Source: Sandaracinaceae bacterium (GTDB lineage Bacteria; Myxococcota_A; Polyangia; Polyangiales; Sandaracinaceae). From it: a stretch of 64,000 nucleotides of DNA. The first letter of the stretch is position 1; each line of letters opens with the position of its first letter. The translations under genes were made by a program, and so were the position numbers. This document shows positions 1 through 8,892 of the stretch, piece by piece. Location: the NCBI GenBank assembly GCA_044220955.1, contig JBGAQA010000003.1:1-64000 (forward strand). Reading direction: 5' to 3'. The notes beneath the pieces are model-generated. The model searched no databases and was not told the DNA's origin. It saw only the letters and a list, made by a program, of their open reading frames with translations.

Positions 1-280
1 CGAGCCTTGCGTCCGCGTGGCGCGCCGCGCCGATCACGCCCACCCGGGGGCGGTGGGCGAGCCCCCCCACCACGAAGAGCCCGACGAACGCGAGCAGGCC
101 CAGCGGTCCGAGCCCGACGATCAAGGCGCGCACGTGCTCCCGGGAGAGGTACTCGGTCAGGCCGGTCACGTGTGCGACGACGAACGTGATCGCGACGACG
201 AGCGCGAGGGCGCCGAGGCGCAGCCACGTCTTCTTGCGGTCGACCGGCGGGGGCGACGCGATGGCGGGCACCTCGCTCAT
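1..280 (-). CDS. TVP38/TMEM64 (DedA/VTT family) membrane protein, 5' part only (runs off window start)
   Basis: Manual translation from ATG 280: MSEVPAIASPPPVDRKKTWLRLGALALVVAITFVVAHVTGLTEYLSREHVRALIVGLGPLGLLAFVGLFVV. TM-amphipathic helix-TM pattern; ATGA overlap with the upstream gene stop. Confidence 0.6.
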   Translation of the reverse strand, partial: MSEVPAIASPPPVDRKKTWLRLGALALVVAITFVVAHVTGLTEYLSREHVRALIVGLGPLGLLAFVGLFVVGGLAHRPRVGVIGAARHADARL

Positions 281-714
281 GGGATCGCGTACGTCCCGGT
301 CGCGTGGGCGACCAGCGCCGGCCCGAGGGTCCCGTGCTCCTCACCCTCGCTCGCGATCTCGACGGTCCCGACCGCGTTGCGACGTCCGACGCGGAGCATC
401 TTGGCGCGCGCCACGAGCGCTCGAGGCTCCGGCTTGCGCAGGAAGTGGATGTCGAGATCGCTCGTCACCGCGAGGGGCTCGAGGCCGATGCGGCTGAGCA
501 CGGCGCCGTAGAGCGCGGTGTCGGCGAGCGTCATCATCGTCGGGCCGCTGAGCGTCCCTCCTGGTCGCAGCTGGTTGTCGCGGTAGGCCAGGCGCACGAC
601 CGCCTCGCCCCAGCCGAGCGAGATCACCGAGCACGGGTAGTCGCCTCCGGTCGGGAGCATCTGCGCGAGCAGCCCCTCGAACTCCAGGGTGGTGATGCGA
701 GCAGTCTCGCTCAT
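277..714 (-). CDS. PaaI family hotdog-fold thioesterase
   Basis: C-terminal 145 aa of ORF 277..1227; RPGGTLSGPTMMTLAD and AVTSDLDIHFLRKP motifs; ATG 714 overlaps the stop of the upstream gene. Confidence 0.85.
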   Translation of the reverse strand: MSETARITTLEFEGLLAQMLPTGGDYPCSVISLGWGEAVVRLAYRDNQLRPGGTLSGPTMMTLADTALYGAVLSRIGLEPLAVTSDLDIHFLRKPEPRALVARAKMLRVGRRNAVGTVEIASEGEEHGTLGPALVAHATGTYAIP

Positions 715-2252
715 GGCTCCGGAGCATGTCCTCGCGCCCGCAGCGCCGCCACGTGACGCCCCGTGAACTCGAGCAGGGCCTCTCCGTCCAGCTCGGCCCG
801 CGCGGCCTCCGCGAGCACGCGCGAGCCGTCGCCCCCCCCGATCAGCCAGTGCGCGGCGTCCGCGATCCCTCGCTCGCCGCGGCGCTCGACGAGCCAGTCG
901 ACCATCAGGAGAGCCTGGTGGTACGCGAGCCCGGCGTCGCTCGAGTCGTCGATCACGAGGAACGCGTCGTTCATCGACGCGAAGGGGATCCACGTGCGCT
1001 CGCGGATCATCAGCTCGTAGCTGCGCAGGTGCGCGGGCCCCTCCTCGCCCGAGACGTACTGGGCCAGGCCCTCGTCGAGCCAGGTCGGGACGTTGGGTAC
1101 AGCCGGGTGGACTGCCGCGTGGAAGCACTCGTGCGTGATGGAGGGATCGCCCGCGTCGGTCGCGACGGTGACCTCGTCGAGCTCGAGCGCACCGTCGAAG
1201 ACGGCGCCGGCCCAGCCCTGAACGCACGTCGCCCGCCGCATGGCGTCGCGGTCCGCGTGCACGAACACCGCGAGCTCCTCGCGCGGTGCGACGCCGAGGA
1301 TCTGCGCCCCACGCACGAGCCCGGCATCGACGACGTCGAGGACGTGCATCGCCCGCTCGCGCGGGAGGGCGGGCGTGGCGACGAGGCGCACGCCGCCGCG
1401 CACGTAGGTGAGCGCCTCCGCGAACGAGGCCGCGCGGATCTGCAGCCGCGCACGCTGCCGCGCCATCGCGCGGTCGCCGGGGACGGCCTCGAGGTATGCG
1501 TCGAAGGCGGTGAGCGCGGCCTGCACGTCGGCGCCGTCGGCGAGCCGCCAGGCGAGCGAGTACGCGATCGCCGGCTCCTCGGGCTCGAGGGCGAACGCGC
1601 GGATCAGCAGCGCACGCGATGCGAGGTGCTGCCCCTGGGCCTGCTCCGCGACCGCGCCGATGACGAGCGGGAGCGCATCCTCCGGCGCGGCACGAGAGGC
1701 CTGCTCGGCGAGCGCGGCCGCGCGCGACGCGCGGCCTTCGTGCAATGCGTTCGCCGCGACGACGACGAGCATCGCGACGTACGTGTCGAATCCCGCGTCG
1801 AGGCGGTCGGGAGCGCGCGCGAGCAGGCGCAGTCCTTCGTCGACGCGCGCTGGATCTTGCACGGCCTCCCAGCCGGCTCGCAGCTCCGCGCTCGCGTTGG
1901 GTGAGCGCTGCCTCGCGAGCATCCGATCGTTGAGCTCGGCCAGGCGCAGCTGGAGCAGCTCGGTCGTGGACGGACGCGCCACGGGAGGATCGTCGTCACC
2001 CGACGAGCACGCGTCGACGGCGCCGAGACCCGCGGACGCGGGCGGCTCGGCGGGTGCCGGAGGATCGGCCTCGGGGAGCAATGGTGGCGGCACGACGCTC
2101 GCGTCCCGAAGGGACGCGCTCGGGCCGTCCTCTCGCGTGTCCGAGGTGGTCTCGCGCGGTGTGTCCGGTGTGCTCGTCCACCAGGCGAGCCCCGTCGCCA
2201 GCCCCGCGAGGAGCACGAGCGTTCCGAGCATGCGCGCGCGCGGGCCCAACAC
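711..2252 (-). CDS. Membrane-anchored TPR protein with C-terminal peptidase MA-like (gluzincin) domain
   Basis: N-terminal TM, Pro-rich linker, TPR-like helices, HECFH (HExxH) followed by PTWLDEGLAQY. Alternative start ATG 2231. Confidence 0.75.
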   Translation of the reverse strand: MLGPRARMLGTLVLLAGLATGLAWWTSTPDTPRETTSDTREDGPSASLRDASVVPPPLLPEADPPAPAEPPASAGLGAVDACSSGDDDPPVARPSTTELLQLRLAELNDRMLARQRSPNASAELRAGWEAVQDPARVDEGLRLLARAPDRLDAGFDTYVAMLVVVAANALHEGRASRAAALAEQASRAAPEDALPLVIGAVAEQAQGQHLASRALLIRAFALEPEEPAIAYSLAWRLADGADVQAALTAFDAYLEAVPGDRAMARQRARLQIRAASFAEALTYVRGGVRLVATPALPRERAMHVLDVVDAGLVRGAQILGVAPREELAVFVHADRDAMRRATCVQGWAGAVFDGALELDEVTVATDAGDPSITHECFHAAVHPAVPNVPTWLDEGLAQYVSGEEGPAHLRSYELMIRERTWIPFASMNDAFLVIDDSSDAGLAYHQALLMVDWLVERRGERGIADAAHWLIGGGDGSRVLAEAARAELDGEALLEFTGRHVAALRARGHAPEP

Positions 2253-2351
2253 CGGAGTGAATCACGCCCGCGGCCTGCCGGCACGCGACGCGCCGTTTTT
2301 TTGACCCGGATCGCCGCGTCCCCGACTTTCCAGCTCAGCGGAGCAGATCAG

Positions 2352-3335
2352 ATGCAAGGCACGGAACGCTCGGAACTGCGCGGGAAAGTCCTCGATGGTC
2401 GCTATCGCGTCGGCGACGTGCTCGGGATCGGCGGTACCGCGGTCGTCTTCGAGGCCGAGCGCCTCGAAGACGGCGAGATCGTCGTCATCAAGGTCCTGCG
2501 GCCGACCTTCGTCGACAACCCCGACCTCGTGCGGCGCCTGCGCCGCGAGCTCGAGGTGTACCGCAACGTGCGCCACCCGGGCCTCGTCCCGATCCTCGAC
2601 GAGGGGTTCCTCTCGGGCTTTCCGGGCGCCGACGGCTCGCCCTATCTGGTCGTCGAGCGCGTCTACGGTGAGTGCCTGCAGCGCCTGCTCCGCCGCACCG
2701 GCACGCTGAGCGCGGATCTCGTCGGCGCGATCACGATGCGCGTCGCCTCGATCCTCCACGCTGCGCACGGCCACGGCTACGTGCACCGCGACGTGAAGCC
2801 CGAGCACATCCTCATGGACAAGGACGAGAACGGCTGGCTGCGCGTCCGCCTGCTCGACTTCGGCGTCTGCAGCTCGCTGCGCGCCCCCAAGGACGAGCGC
2901 GAGCGCGAGATCGGCCGCGTGTTCGGCACGCCGAGCTACGTCTCGCCCGAGCAGGCCAGCGGCGATCCGGACGTGGACGCGCGCGCCGACATCTTCGGCA
3001 TGGGCATCGTGATGTTCGAGGCGCTCACCGGGCGGCTGCCGTTCAGCGGGAGCAACGTCGCGAACTTGCTCCGCCGCATCATCCGCGAGGACGCGCCGCG
3101 CGCGGCGCTGATCCGCCAGGATCTGCACCACGCGTTCGACTCGGTCGTCGCGACGGCGCTCGCCCGCGATCCCGAGGACCGCTTTCCATCGATGCGCTCG
3201 CTCTCGCGTGCGCTCACGCCGATCGTCGCCGACCGACGCAGCGTGGATCAGCGGCTCACGGATCTGCTGCGCTTCGAGACGCCCCGCGGCCCCGGCGTGG
3301 CCACGGCGCGCGACGTCCGCATCGTCGCGGCCTGA
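2352..3335 (+). CDS. Hanks-type Ser/Thr protein kinase (stand-alone kinase domain)
   Basis: LGIGGTAVVF, VVIKVL, HRDVKPEH, LLDFG, GTPSYVSPE, DIFGMG, PEDRF motifs. Confidence 0.92.
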   Translation: MQGTERSELRGKVLDGRYRVGDVLGIGGTAVVFEAERLEDGEIVVIKVLRPTFVDNPDLVRRLRRELEVYRNVRHPGLVPILDEGFLSGFPGADGSPYLVVERVYGECLQRLLRRTGTLSADLVGAITMRVASILHAAHGHGYVHRDVKPEHILMDKDENGWLRVRLLDFGVCSSLRAPKDEREREIGRVFGTPSYVSPEQASGDPDVDARADIFGMGIVMFEALTGRLPFSGSNVANLLRRIIREDAPRAALIRQDLHHAFDSVVATALARDPEDRFPSMRSLSRALTPIVADRRSVDQRLTDLLRFETPRGPGVATARDVRIVAA

Positions 3336-3470
3336 GCGCGCGGCGTCTCGAGGGCGCGGGCTCGATCGCGAGCGCGCGCCTGGACGATCCGCGCGGCGAT
3401 CCACCACCGCATGTCGTCGGCTCCTCCCGCCGGAGGAAATAGGTGGAGCCCGGTGGGCGTACAATGCGGC

Positions 3471-3695
3471 ATGGCCCAGCCGCGCAAGAACCCCGGTCTC
3501 GCCGCTGTCCTCTCCTTCGTGATCCCCGGTCTCGGGCAGATCTACAACGGCGCGTTCTTGCGGGGGATCTTCTGGCTGATCGTCACGCCGGGCTTCTGGC
3601 TCGGCACCGGCGGCACGCTGGGCTGGGTCTGCCACCTCGTCGCGGCGTACACGGCATACTCGTACGCCGACGACCTGAACGAAGGACGGCGCTGA
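3471..3695 (+). CDS. Small membrane protein (TM2/DUF5683-like)
   Basis: KNPGLAAVLSFVIPGLGQIYNG signature plus hydrophobic helices; 74 aa. Confidence 0.8.
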   Translation: MAQPRKNPGLAAVLSFVIPGLGQIYNGAFLRGIFWLIVTPGFWLGTGGTLGWVCHLVAAYTAYSYADDLNEGRR

Positions 3696-3720
3696 CCCAG
3701 TTCGAGTAGCCTCCGTCCCC

Positions 3721-4218
3721 ATGGCGGACGGGAAGCAGAAGCCGATCTGGTACGTCGTCGGCTGCATCGGGATCGGCCTGATCCTCGTTCCCTGCGTGGG
3801 CGGCGTGATCGCGGCGATCGCGATCCCGGCGTTCGTGAACTTCACGCGGCGCTCCAAGACGGCGGAGGCGCGGGCGAACGTCGGCGCCATCATGGCCGGC
3901 GTCGAGGCCTACTGTGACACCGAGCACCCGGGCAGTGGTCCCCTGCCGCGCGCCGCGGGGCCGACGCTGAGCGCGCCGGGAGCCGAGCGGCAGGCGCAGA
4001 CGCTCGGACCGGAGTGGGACGACGTCGCCTTCTCGTCGGCCGATCCGCTCTACTACGCGTACTCGATCGAGCGGCCGGACGCCTCGACCGCCATCGTGGT
4101 CGCGGAGGGTGACCTCGACGGCGACGGCGTGCGCTCGCGCTTCGCGGCGACGTGCACGCTGAGCCCCCCGAGCGGCTGCTCGTGTGGGGAGCCGACCGTC
4201 ACGAACGAGCTGGAGTGA
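3721..4218 (+). CDS. Type IV pilin-like protein without a prepilin cleavage site
   Basis: [25 protein letters not shown] resembles the pilin alpha1 helix; AEGDLDGDG and C-terminal cysteines present; no G|FTLIE. Confidence 0.65.
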   Translation: MADGKQKPIWYVVGCIGIGLILVPCVGGVIAAIAIPAFVNFTRRSKTAEARANVGAIMAGVEAYCDTEHPGSGPLPRAAGPTLSAPGAERQAQTLGPEWDDVAFSSADPLYYAYSIERPDASTAIVVAEGDLDGDGVRSRFAATCTLSPPSGCSCGEPTVTNELE

Positions 4219-4243
4219 ACGTATCGTCCGGTGGAGGAAACGC

Positions 4244-4903
4244 ATGCTCTTCACGAACCCCAAGAAGCTGAGGATGCCCTCACCGAGCGAGGCGCTCGCA
4301 GGACGCGCGACGCCGATGCCAGGCGTGCCGGAGAAGCACTTCGTGAGCGGAAACCGCATCGCGGCACCGTTCCCCGAGGGGACGGAGCTCGCGTGCTTCG
4401 GCCTCGGCTGCTTCTGGGGCGCGGAGAAGGCTTTCTGGAGGCTCCCTGGCGTCTACTCGACGAGCGTCGGCTACGCCCAGGGCTACACGCCGAACCCGAC
4501 GTACCAGGAGGTCTGCACCGGCGGCACCGGGCACAACGAGGTCGTGCGCGTGGTCTTCGATCCGAAGGTCGTGAGCTACGAGCTGCTGCTCAAGACTTTC
4601 TTCGAGAGCCACGATCCGACGCAGGGCATGCGCCAGGGCAACGACGCCGGCACGCAGTACCGGAGCGGCATCTACACGACGAGCGAGGCGCAGAAGGCCG
4701 CGGCGATCGCCGCCAAGGCCGCGTACGAGCCGCTGCTGCGCAAGCAGGGCTTCGGCGCGATCACGACCGAGATCGCCGACGCGGGCCCCTTCTACTACGC
4801 CGAGGACTACCACCAGCAGTACCTCGCGAAGAACCCGGACGGGTACTGTGGCCTCGGTGGCACGGGCGTCTCGTGCCCGATCGGAACGGGCGTGAGAGCC
4901 TGA
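4244..4903 (+). CDS. msrA: Peptide-methionine (S)-S-oxide reductase
   Basis: [40 protein letters not shown]-terminal [19 protein letters not shown]. Confidence 0.97.
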   Translation: MLFTNPKKLRMPSPSEALAGRATPMPGVPEKHFVSGNRIAAPFPEGTELACFGLGCFWGAEKAFWRLPGVYSTSVGYAQGYTPNPTYQEVCTGGTGHNEVVRVVFDPKVVSYELLLKTFFESHDPTQGMRQGNDAGTQYRSGIYTTSEAQKAAAIAAKAAYEPLLRKQGFGAITTEIADAGPFYYAEDYHQQYLAKNPDGYCGLGGTGVSCPIGTGVRA

Positions 4904-4929
4904 TCGGACTGGTGTAAAAGCGGTATCGC

Positions 4930-6981
4930 TTGAACGCGGTCCGCGCCTTCGTGTTCCTCGGAGCGTTCCTGCTCTTCACCATGGAGCCGATGGTGGGGCG
5001 GATGCTGCTGCCCCACTTCGGCGGCGCGTTCCACGTGTGGACGACGTCGCTGATGTTCTTCCAGGGCGTGCTCTTCTTCGCGTACTCGTACGCGCACCTG
5101 GCCGAGCCGCGCCTCGGCAAGTGGCACTTCGCGGTGATCGCGATCCCGCTCGCGTCGCTCCCGCCGACGGCCCTGGTGCTCGGTGGCGACGTCACGGCGC
5201 TGCTCCTCGCCCTCGCTCGCGCGAGCGCGCTGCCGTTCGCCGCGCTCGCGACGACGAGCGTCGTGGCGCAGCACTGGGTGAGCCGCTCGAGCCTGCCGGA
5301 CCGGGACAACCCCTACTGGCTCTACGGCACGAGCAACGTCGGCTCGATGCTCTCGCTGATCGTGTACGCGCTCCTGATCGAGCCCTTCGTGGGCGTGAGC
5401 GTGCAGCGCATCGCGTTCGCCATCGGGTTCGGGATCTGGATCGTCGCGGGATTCTTCGCATACCGCGCCACGCGGCCCGCCGGGGGCAAGGCCGAGGACG
5501 GGAGCAAGGGCGAGAGCGAGAGCAAGAGCGAGAGCAAGCCGATCACGAGCGGCCGGATCGCGTACTGGCTGCTGCTCTCCGCGTGCCCCTCCGCGCTGCT
5601 GATGGCCGTCACGAACCTGATCGCGCTCGACGCCGGCAACGTGCCCTTGGTCTGGGTGATCCCGCTGGCGCTCTACCTGGTGACCTTCGTGATCGCCTTC
5701 CGCGATCCCTCGGGTGTGCCGGACTGGGTACGCCGCCTCTGGCCGCACTTCGTCGCCGTCGGGCTCTTCGTCGCCGCGGGAGGCTCGGTCGGCAGCGAGC
5801 AGCTCCAGGTCGCGCTCAACCTCGTCGTGTTCTTCGTCGTGTGCCTCGCCGGCCACGCCGAGCTCTACGACGCGCGACCCGAGCCGAGGCGCCTCACGCT
5901 CTTCTATCTGATCCTCTCGCTCGGGGGCTGGATGGGCGGCGCCTTCGTGGCGCTCGTCGCGCCGGCGGCCTTCTCCTGGCTCGCCGAGTACCCGATCGCG
6001 CTGCTCACGCTCGTGCTCACCGTGCTCGTCGGCCGCTGGAGGCAGTTCCGCGCGTGGCTGAGGGACTCCGGGCTGGTCCCGATCGCCGTGTCGGTGCTGC
6101 TCGGCCTCGTGATCCTGTGGAAGCTGCTCACGGGCGTGCTCGGCGACACGGACGAGGCGCACCGCATCACGCGCGTGCGGAGCTTCTACGGCGTCTACCA
6201 GGTGATCGAGCGACCGACGCAGCTCGGGCCCCTGCGCGATCTGGTCAGCGGCGCGACCCGCCACGGGCGGCAGTTCATGGACCCTCCGCACCGCGAGGAG
6301 CCGCTCAGCTACTACCACCGCGAGGGATCGCTCGGCGAGGTCATGGACGTCCTCGACGCGGAGCACCGCCCGCTGAACATCGCCGCGATCGGCCTGGGCG
6401 TCGGGGCGGCGGCGGCCTACCTCGACGCGGACGACCGCATCACGTTCTTCGAGATCGACGCCCTCGACGACCAGCTCGCGCGCCAGTACTTCCACTACCT
6501 CGAGGACTGCCGAGGCCACGAGGAGACCGTCATCGGCGACGCGCGCGTGACGCTCGAGGCGCTCGCGTCCAGCGAGAGCCCGCCCGCCTACGACCTGGTG
6601 CTCGTCGACGCCTTCTCCGGCGACGCGATCCCGACGCACCTCGTCACGCGCGAGGCCACCGAGCTCTACTTCCGGCTCGTGGAGGCGCGCCACGGCTGGG
6701 TCCTCTTCCACGTGTCGAACCGCTACTACAACCTCCGGCCGGTCCTCGCGGGGATCGCGCGCGCACTCGGGCGCCCGGGCGCGTGGCGGCGCCGGATGCA
6801 GCCCACGGGCATCGGCGAGGACCCGAGCGAGTACGTCGTGTTTCCCCCCGACGAAGCGGAGCTCGAGAGCTTCGACGCGAACGGCTGGACGCGCTTCTCG
6901 GCCGGAGGTCTTCCCGAGGTCGCGCTCTGGACCGACGACCGGACCAACACGCTGGCGATCCTGCAGATCGATCTGCGCTAA
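4930..6981 (+). CDS. Fused membrane (MFS-like)/spermidine synthase-like SAM-dependent protein
   Basis: About 12 TM helices followed by IGLGVG, FFEIDA, GDAR and VDAFSGDAIPTHL motifs. Confidence 0.88.
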   Translation: MNAVRAFVFLGAFLLFTMEPMVGRMLLPHFGGAFHVWTTSLMFFQGVLFFAYSYAHLAEPRLGKWHFAVIAIPLASLPPTALVLGGDVTALLLALARASALPFAALATTSVVAQHWVSRSSLPDRDNPYWLYGTSNVGSMLSLIVYALLIEPFVGVSVQRIAFAIGFGIWIVAGFFAYRATRPAGGKAEDGSKGESESKSESKPITSGRIAYWLLLSACPSALLMAVTNLIALDAGNVPLVWVIPLALYLVTFVIAFRDPSGVPDWVRRLWPHFVAVGLFVAAGGSVGSEQLQVALNLVVFFVVCLAGHAELYDARPEPRRLTLFYLILSLGGWMGGAFVALVAPAAFSWLAEYPIALLTLVLTVLVGRWRQFRAWLRDSGLVPIAVSVLLGLVILWKLLTGVLGDTDEAHRITRVRSFYGVYQVIERPTQLGPLRDLVSGATRHGRQFMDPPHREEPLSYYHREGSLGEVMDVLDAEHRPLNIAAIGLGVGAAAAYLDADDRITFFEIDALDDQLARQYFHYLEDCRGHEETVIGDARVTLEALASSESPPAYDLVLVDAFSGDAIPTHLVTREATELYFRLVEARHGWVLFHVSNRYYNLRPVLAGIARALGRPGAWRRRMQPTGIGEDPSEYVVFPPDEAELESFDANGWTRFSAGGLPEVALWTDDRTNTLAILQIDLR

Positions 6982-6990
6982 GCTGCGCGC

Positions 6991-7410
6991 GTGAGCGATC
7001 CCCCGAGCAAGAGCGGCCGTTCCAAGGTGCGCGGCAGCGCCCCCACGATGCTCGCCCCGCAGTTCCCTCGCAAGAAGCGCCTGCGCGGTGACGAGCCGAC
7101 GCTGATGGCCCCGGCGGCGACCGTGCTGTACCGCGCCGTCGACGAGTCCGAGCTCTCGCGCATCCAGCAGCTCGAGCACAAGCGCTTCGCGCCGATGCAG
7201 GGCGCCGAGACGATCCAGATCCTGTGCGACGAGCAGCACGCGCGCGCGATCGCAGGCCCTGGCTGGGTGACGCGCTTCGCGGTGCAGAACAACCTGCTCT
7301 CGAAGTACGCGCGCACGGGCGCCAAGCCGCGCGAGGAGTACCGGATCCCGGCGGCCGACGTCGAGGCGCTCAACGACGCGCTCGTCGGGCCCATCGTCGT
7401 GCTCCGGTGA
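6991..7410 (+). CDS. Hypothetical protein, divergent member of the small family labelled 'ADP-ribosylation/crystallin J1'
   Basis: TVLYRAV..EL, GWVTRFAV, EEYRIPAADVEALNDALVGPI pattern. Start uncertain. Confidence 0.55.
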   Translation: MSDPPSKSGRSKVRGSAPTMLAPQFPRKKRLRGDEPTLMAPAATVLYRAVDESELSRIQQLEHKRFAPMQGAETIQILCDEQHARAIAGPGWVTRFAVQNNLLSKYARTGAKPREEYRIPAADVEALNDALVGPIVVLR

Positions 7411-7448
7411 GTCGTCGTCGGTGAGCGTGGGACGGCGAGGCTGGCGCG

Positions 7449-8072
7449 TCAGACGATCCTGCGGTCCGCGCAGTCGTAGGCCTCGTAGCGAGCCCAGTTG
7501 ACCTTCTCGGCCCGCGGGAGCGCGCTGCGGAAGAGGGTCCAGATCACGGTGTCGCGCAGGTCGTTGTCGCCGAAGGGATAGCGGCGACGCAGGGTCCCTT
7601 CCTTCTCGAAGCCGAGCTTCTTCGGGATGGCGTTGCTCGGGCCGTTCTGCGGCTCGCAGTGGATCTCCACGCGATCGACGCCGAGCGCGACGAGCGCGTG
7701 GTGCGCGAGCGCGGCGCTGCCCTCGGTGCAGTAGCCCTTGCCGGCGTGCGTGGTCACCGTCCAGTACCCGATCTCGAGGCCGGCGGGGCCGATGCGCGGC
7801 ATGAGGCCGTTGCCGCCGACGAGCTCGCCGCCCTCGCGGAGGAACACGCCGTAGGCGAAGTCCTGCCCGAGGTCGAAGCGACCTCGCATGCTCCGGAGCA
7901 GCTCCACCTTCTGGTCGAGCGTCGTCGGCTCCATGCGCGCCCACGGAAGGAACACCTCGAGCGCGGGCTTGCTCCGCGTGACCGCGTCGAGCAGCTCGGC
8001 GGCGTCGGTCGGCTTCCAGCAGCGCAGCTCGAGCCGATCGGTGACGAGGCGGTACGCGATGCGCGGGAACAT
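7449..8072 (-). CDS. RimJ/RimL-type GNAT N-acetyltransferase
   Basis: TDRLELR, LEIGYW, GKGYCTE, NGPSNAIPKKLGFEKEGTLR. Confidence 0.9.
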   Translation of the reverse strand: MFPRIAYRLVTDRLELRCWKPTDAAELLDAVTRSKPALEVFLPWARMEPTTLDQKVELLRSMRGRFDLGQDFAYGVFLREGGELVGGNGLMPRIGPAGLEIGYWTVTTHAGKGYCTEGSAALAHHALVALGVDRVEIHCEPQNGPSNAIPKKLGFEKEGTLRRRYPFGDNDLRDTVIWTLFRSALPRAEKVNWARYEAYDCADRRIV

Positions 8073-8128
8073 CGAGGGGGAACGGTATCGCGCCGAACGA
8101 TCGGCGCCCAGCAGGCAACGAACCCTCC

Positions 8129-8785
8129 ATGTCGCGAAGGTCCGCTCCCGCCACGCTCCTCGCCCTCGCCCTGGCCCTCGCCCCCGGCTGCGGTGGCGCG
8201 AGCCCTCGTCCCGCCCCGATCGCCGCGGGAGGACTGCCGATCGCGCCGGGCGCGCGCCTCTACTTCGAGTCCGCCGACCCGCGAGGGCCGGCGGAGATGA
8301 CGGTCGGAATCGTGGGCATGGGCGGCTCGCTCACCTTCGAGCTCGCGTGCGGCCACGTCGAGCCAGCGCGACGCCTCGCGTCTCCGACGACGGGCATCGT
8401 CGACGCGACCACGCTCGCCGAGGGGCGCGACGTCTACAGCATCGATCGCTGCGATCGCGCGGAGCTCCACGAGGGCGGCGCGCTGCCGGCGTTCCTCGTC
8501 TCGCGGCGCTCGCTGCGCGCGCTCGACCGACACGAGCGCACCTTGCTGCGCATCGAGCGCCACGGGAGTGCCGTCGCCCTGATGCCGCTCGCGCACGAGT
8601 CGCTCTCCGTACGCGTCGACGGACGACCGACGGCGATCGACACGATCCACGCGCGCGGCGGCGGGATGGACCTGTGGATCGCCGACGCCGGCACCCCGAT
8701 CGTGGTGCGCGAGGTCGACCACGAGCGCGGCTTCACCCTCGCCGGCATCGACACCGGGGCCAGCGAGCCTCGCGCCCGTCCGTGA
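8129..8785 (+). CDS. Hypothetical lipoprotein
   Basis: Signal peptide with lipobox LAPGC; GC3-rich codon usage. Confidence 0.7.
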   Translation: MSRRSAPATLLALALALAPGCGGASPRPAPIAAGGLPIAPGARLYFESADPRGPAEMTVGIVGMGGSLTFELACGHVEPARRLASPTTGIVDATTLAEGRDVYSIDRCDRAELHEGGALPAFLVSRRSLRALDRHERTLLRIERHGSAVALMPLAHESLSVRVDGRPTAIDTIHARGGGMDLWIADAGTPIVVREVDHERGFTLAGIDTGASEPRARP

Positions 8786-8892
8786 AGGGAAGGAATCGGG
8801 TCGGCCCGGCCTCGCCGGGGACTCCTCTGGACCCGTGAGCTTTCCCAGCGCGGTCGATCGGCGGATCGGGCGTTCGTGGCAGCATCGCGCCC

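Noticed and set aside
1..60. Apparent loss of family similarity in the DedA/VTT gene (possible frameshift or pseudogene)
   Set aside because: Too little sequence at the window edge; could be poor sequence quality.
4807..8154. 1115-aa minus-strand ORF, and similar long ORFs such as 32000..34600, 45929..48874 and 2262..3893
   Set aside because: Shadow ORFs typical of very high GC DNA. They are Arg/Ala/Pro-rich, lack motifs and overlap well-supported genes.
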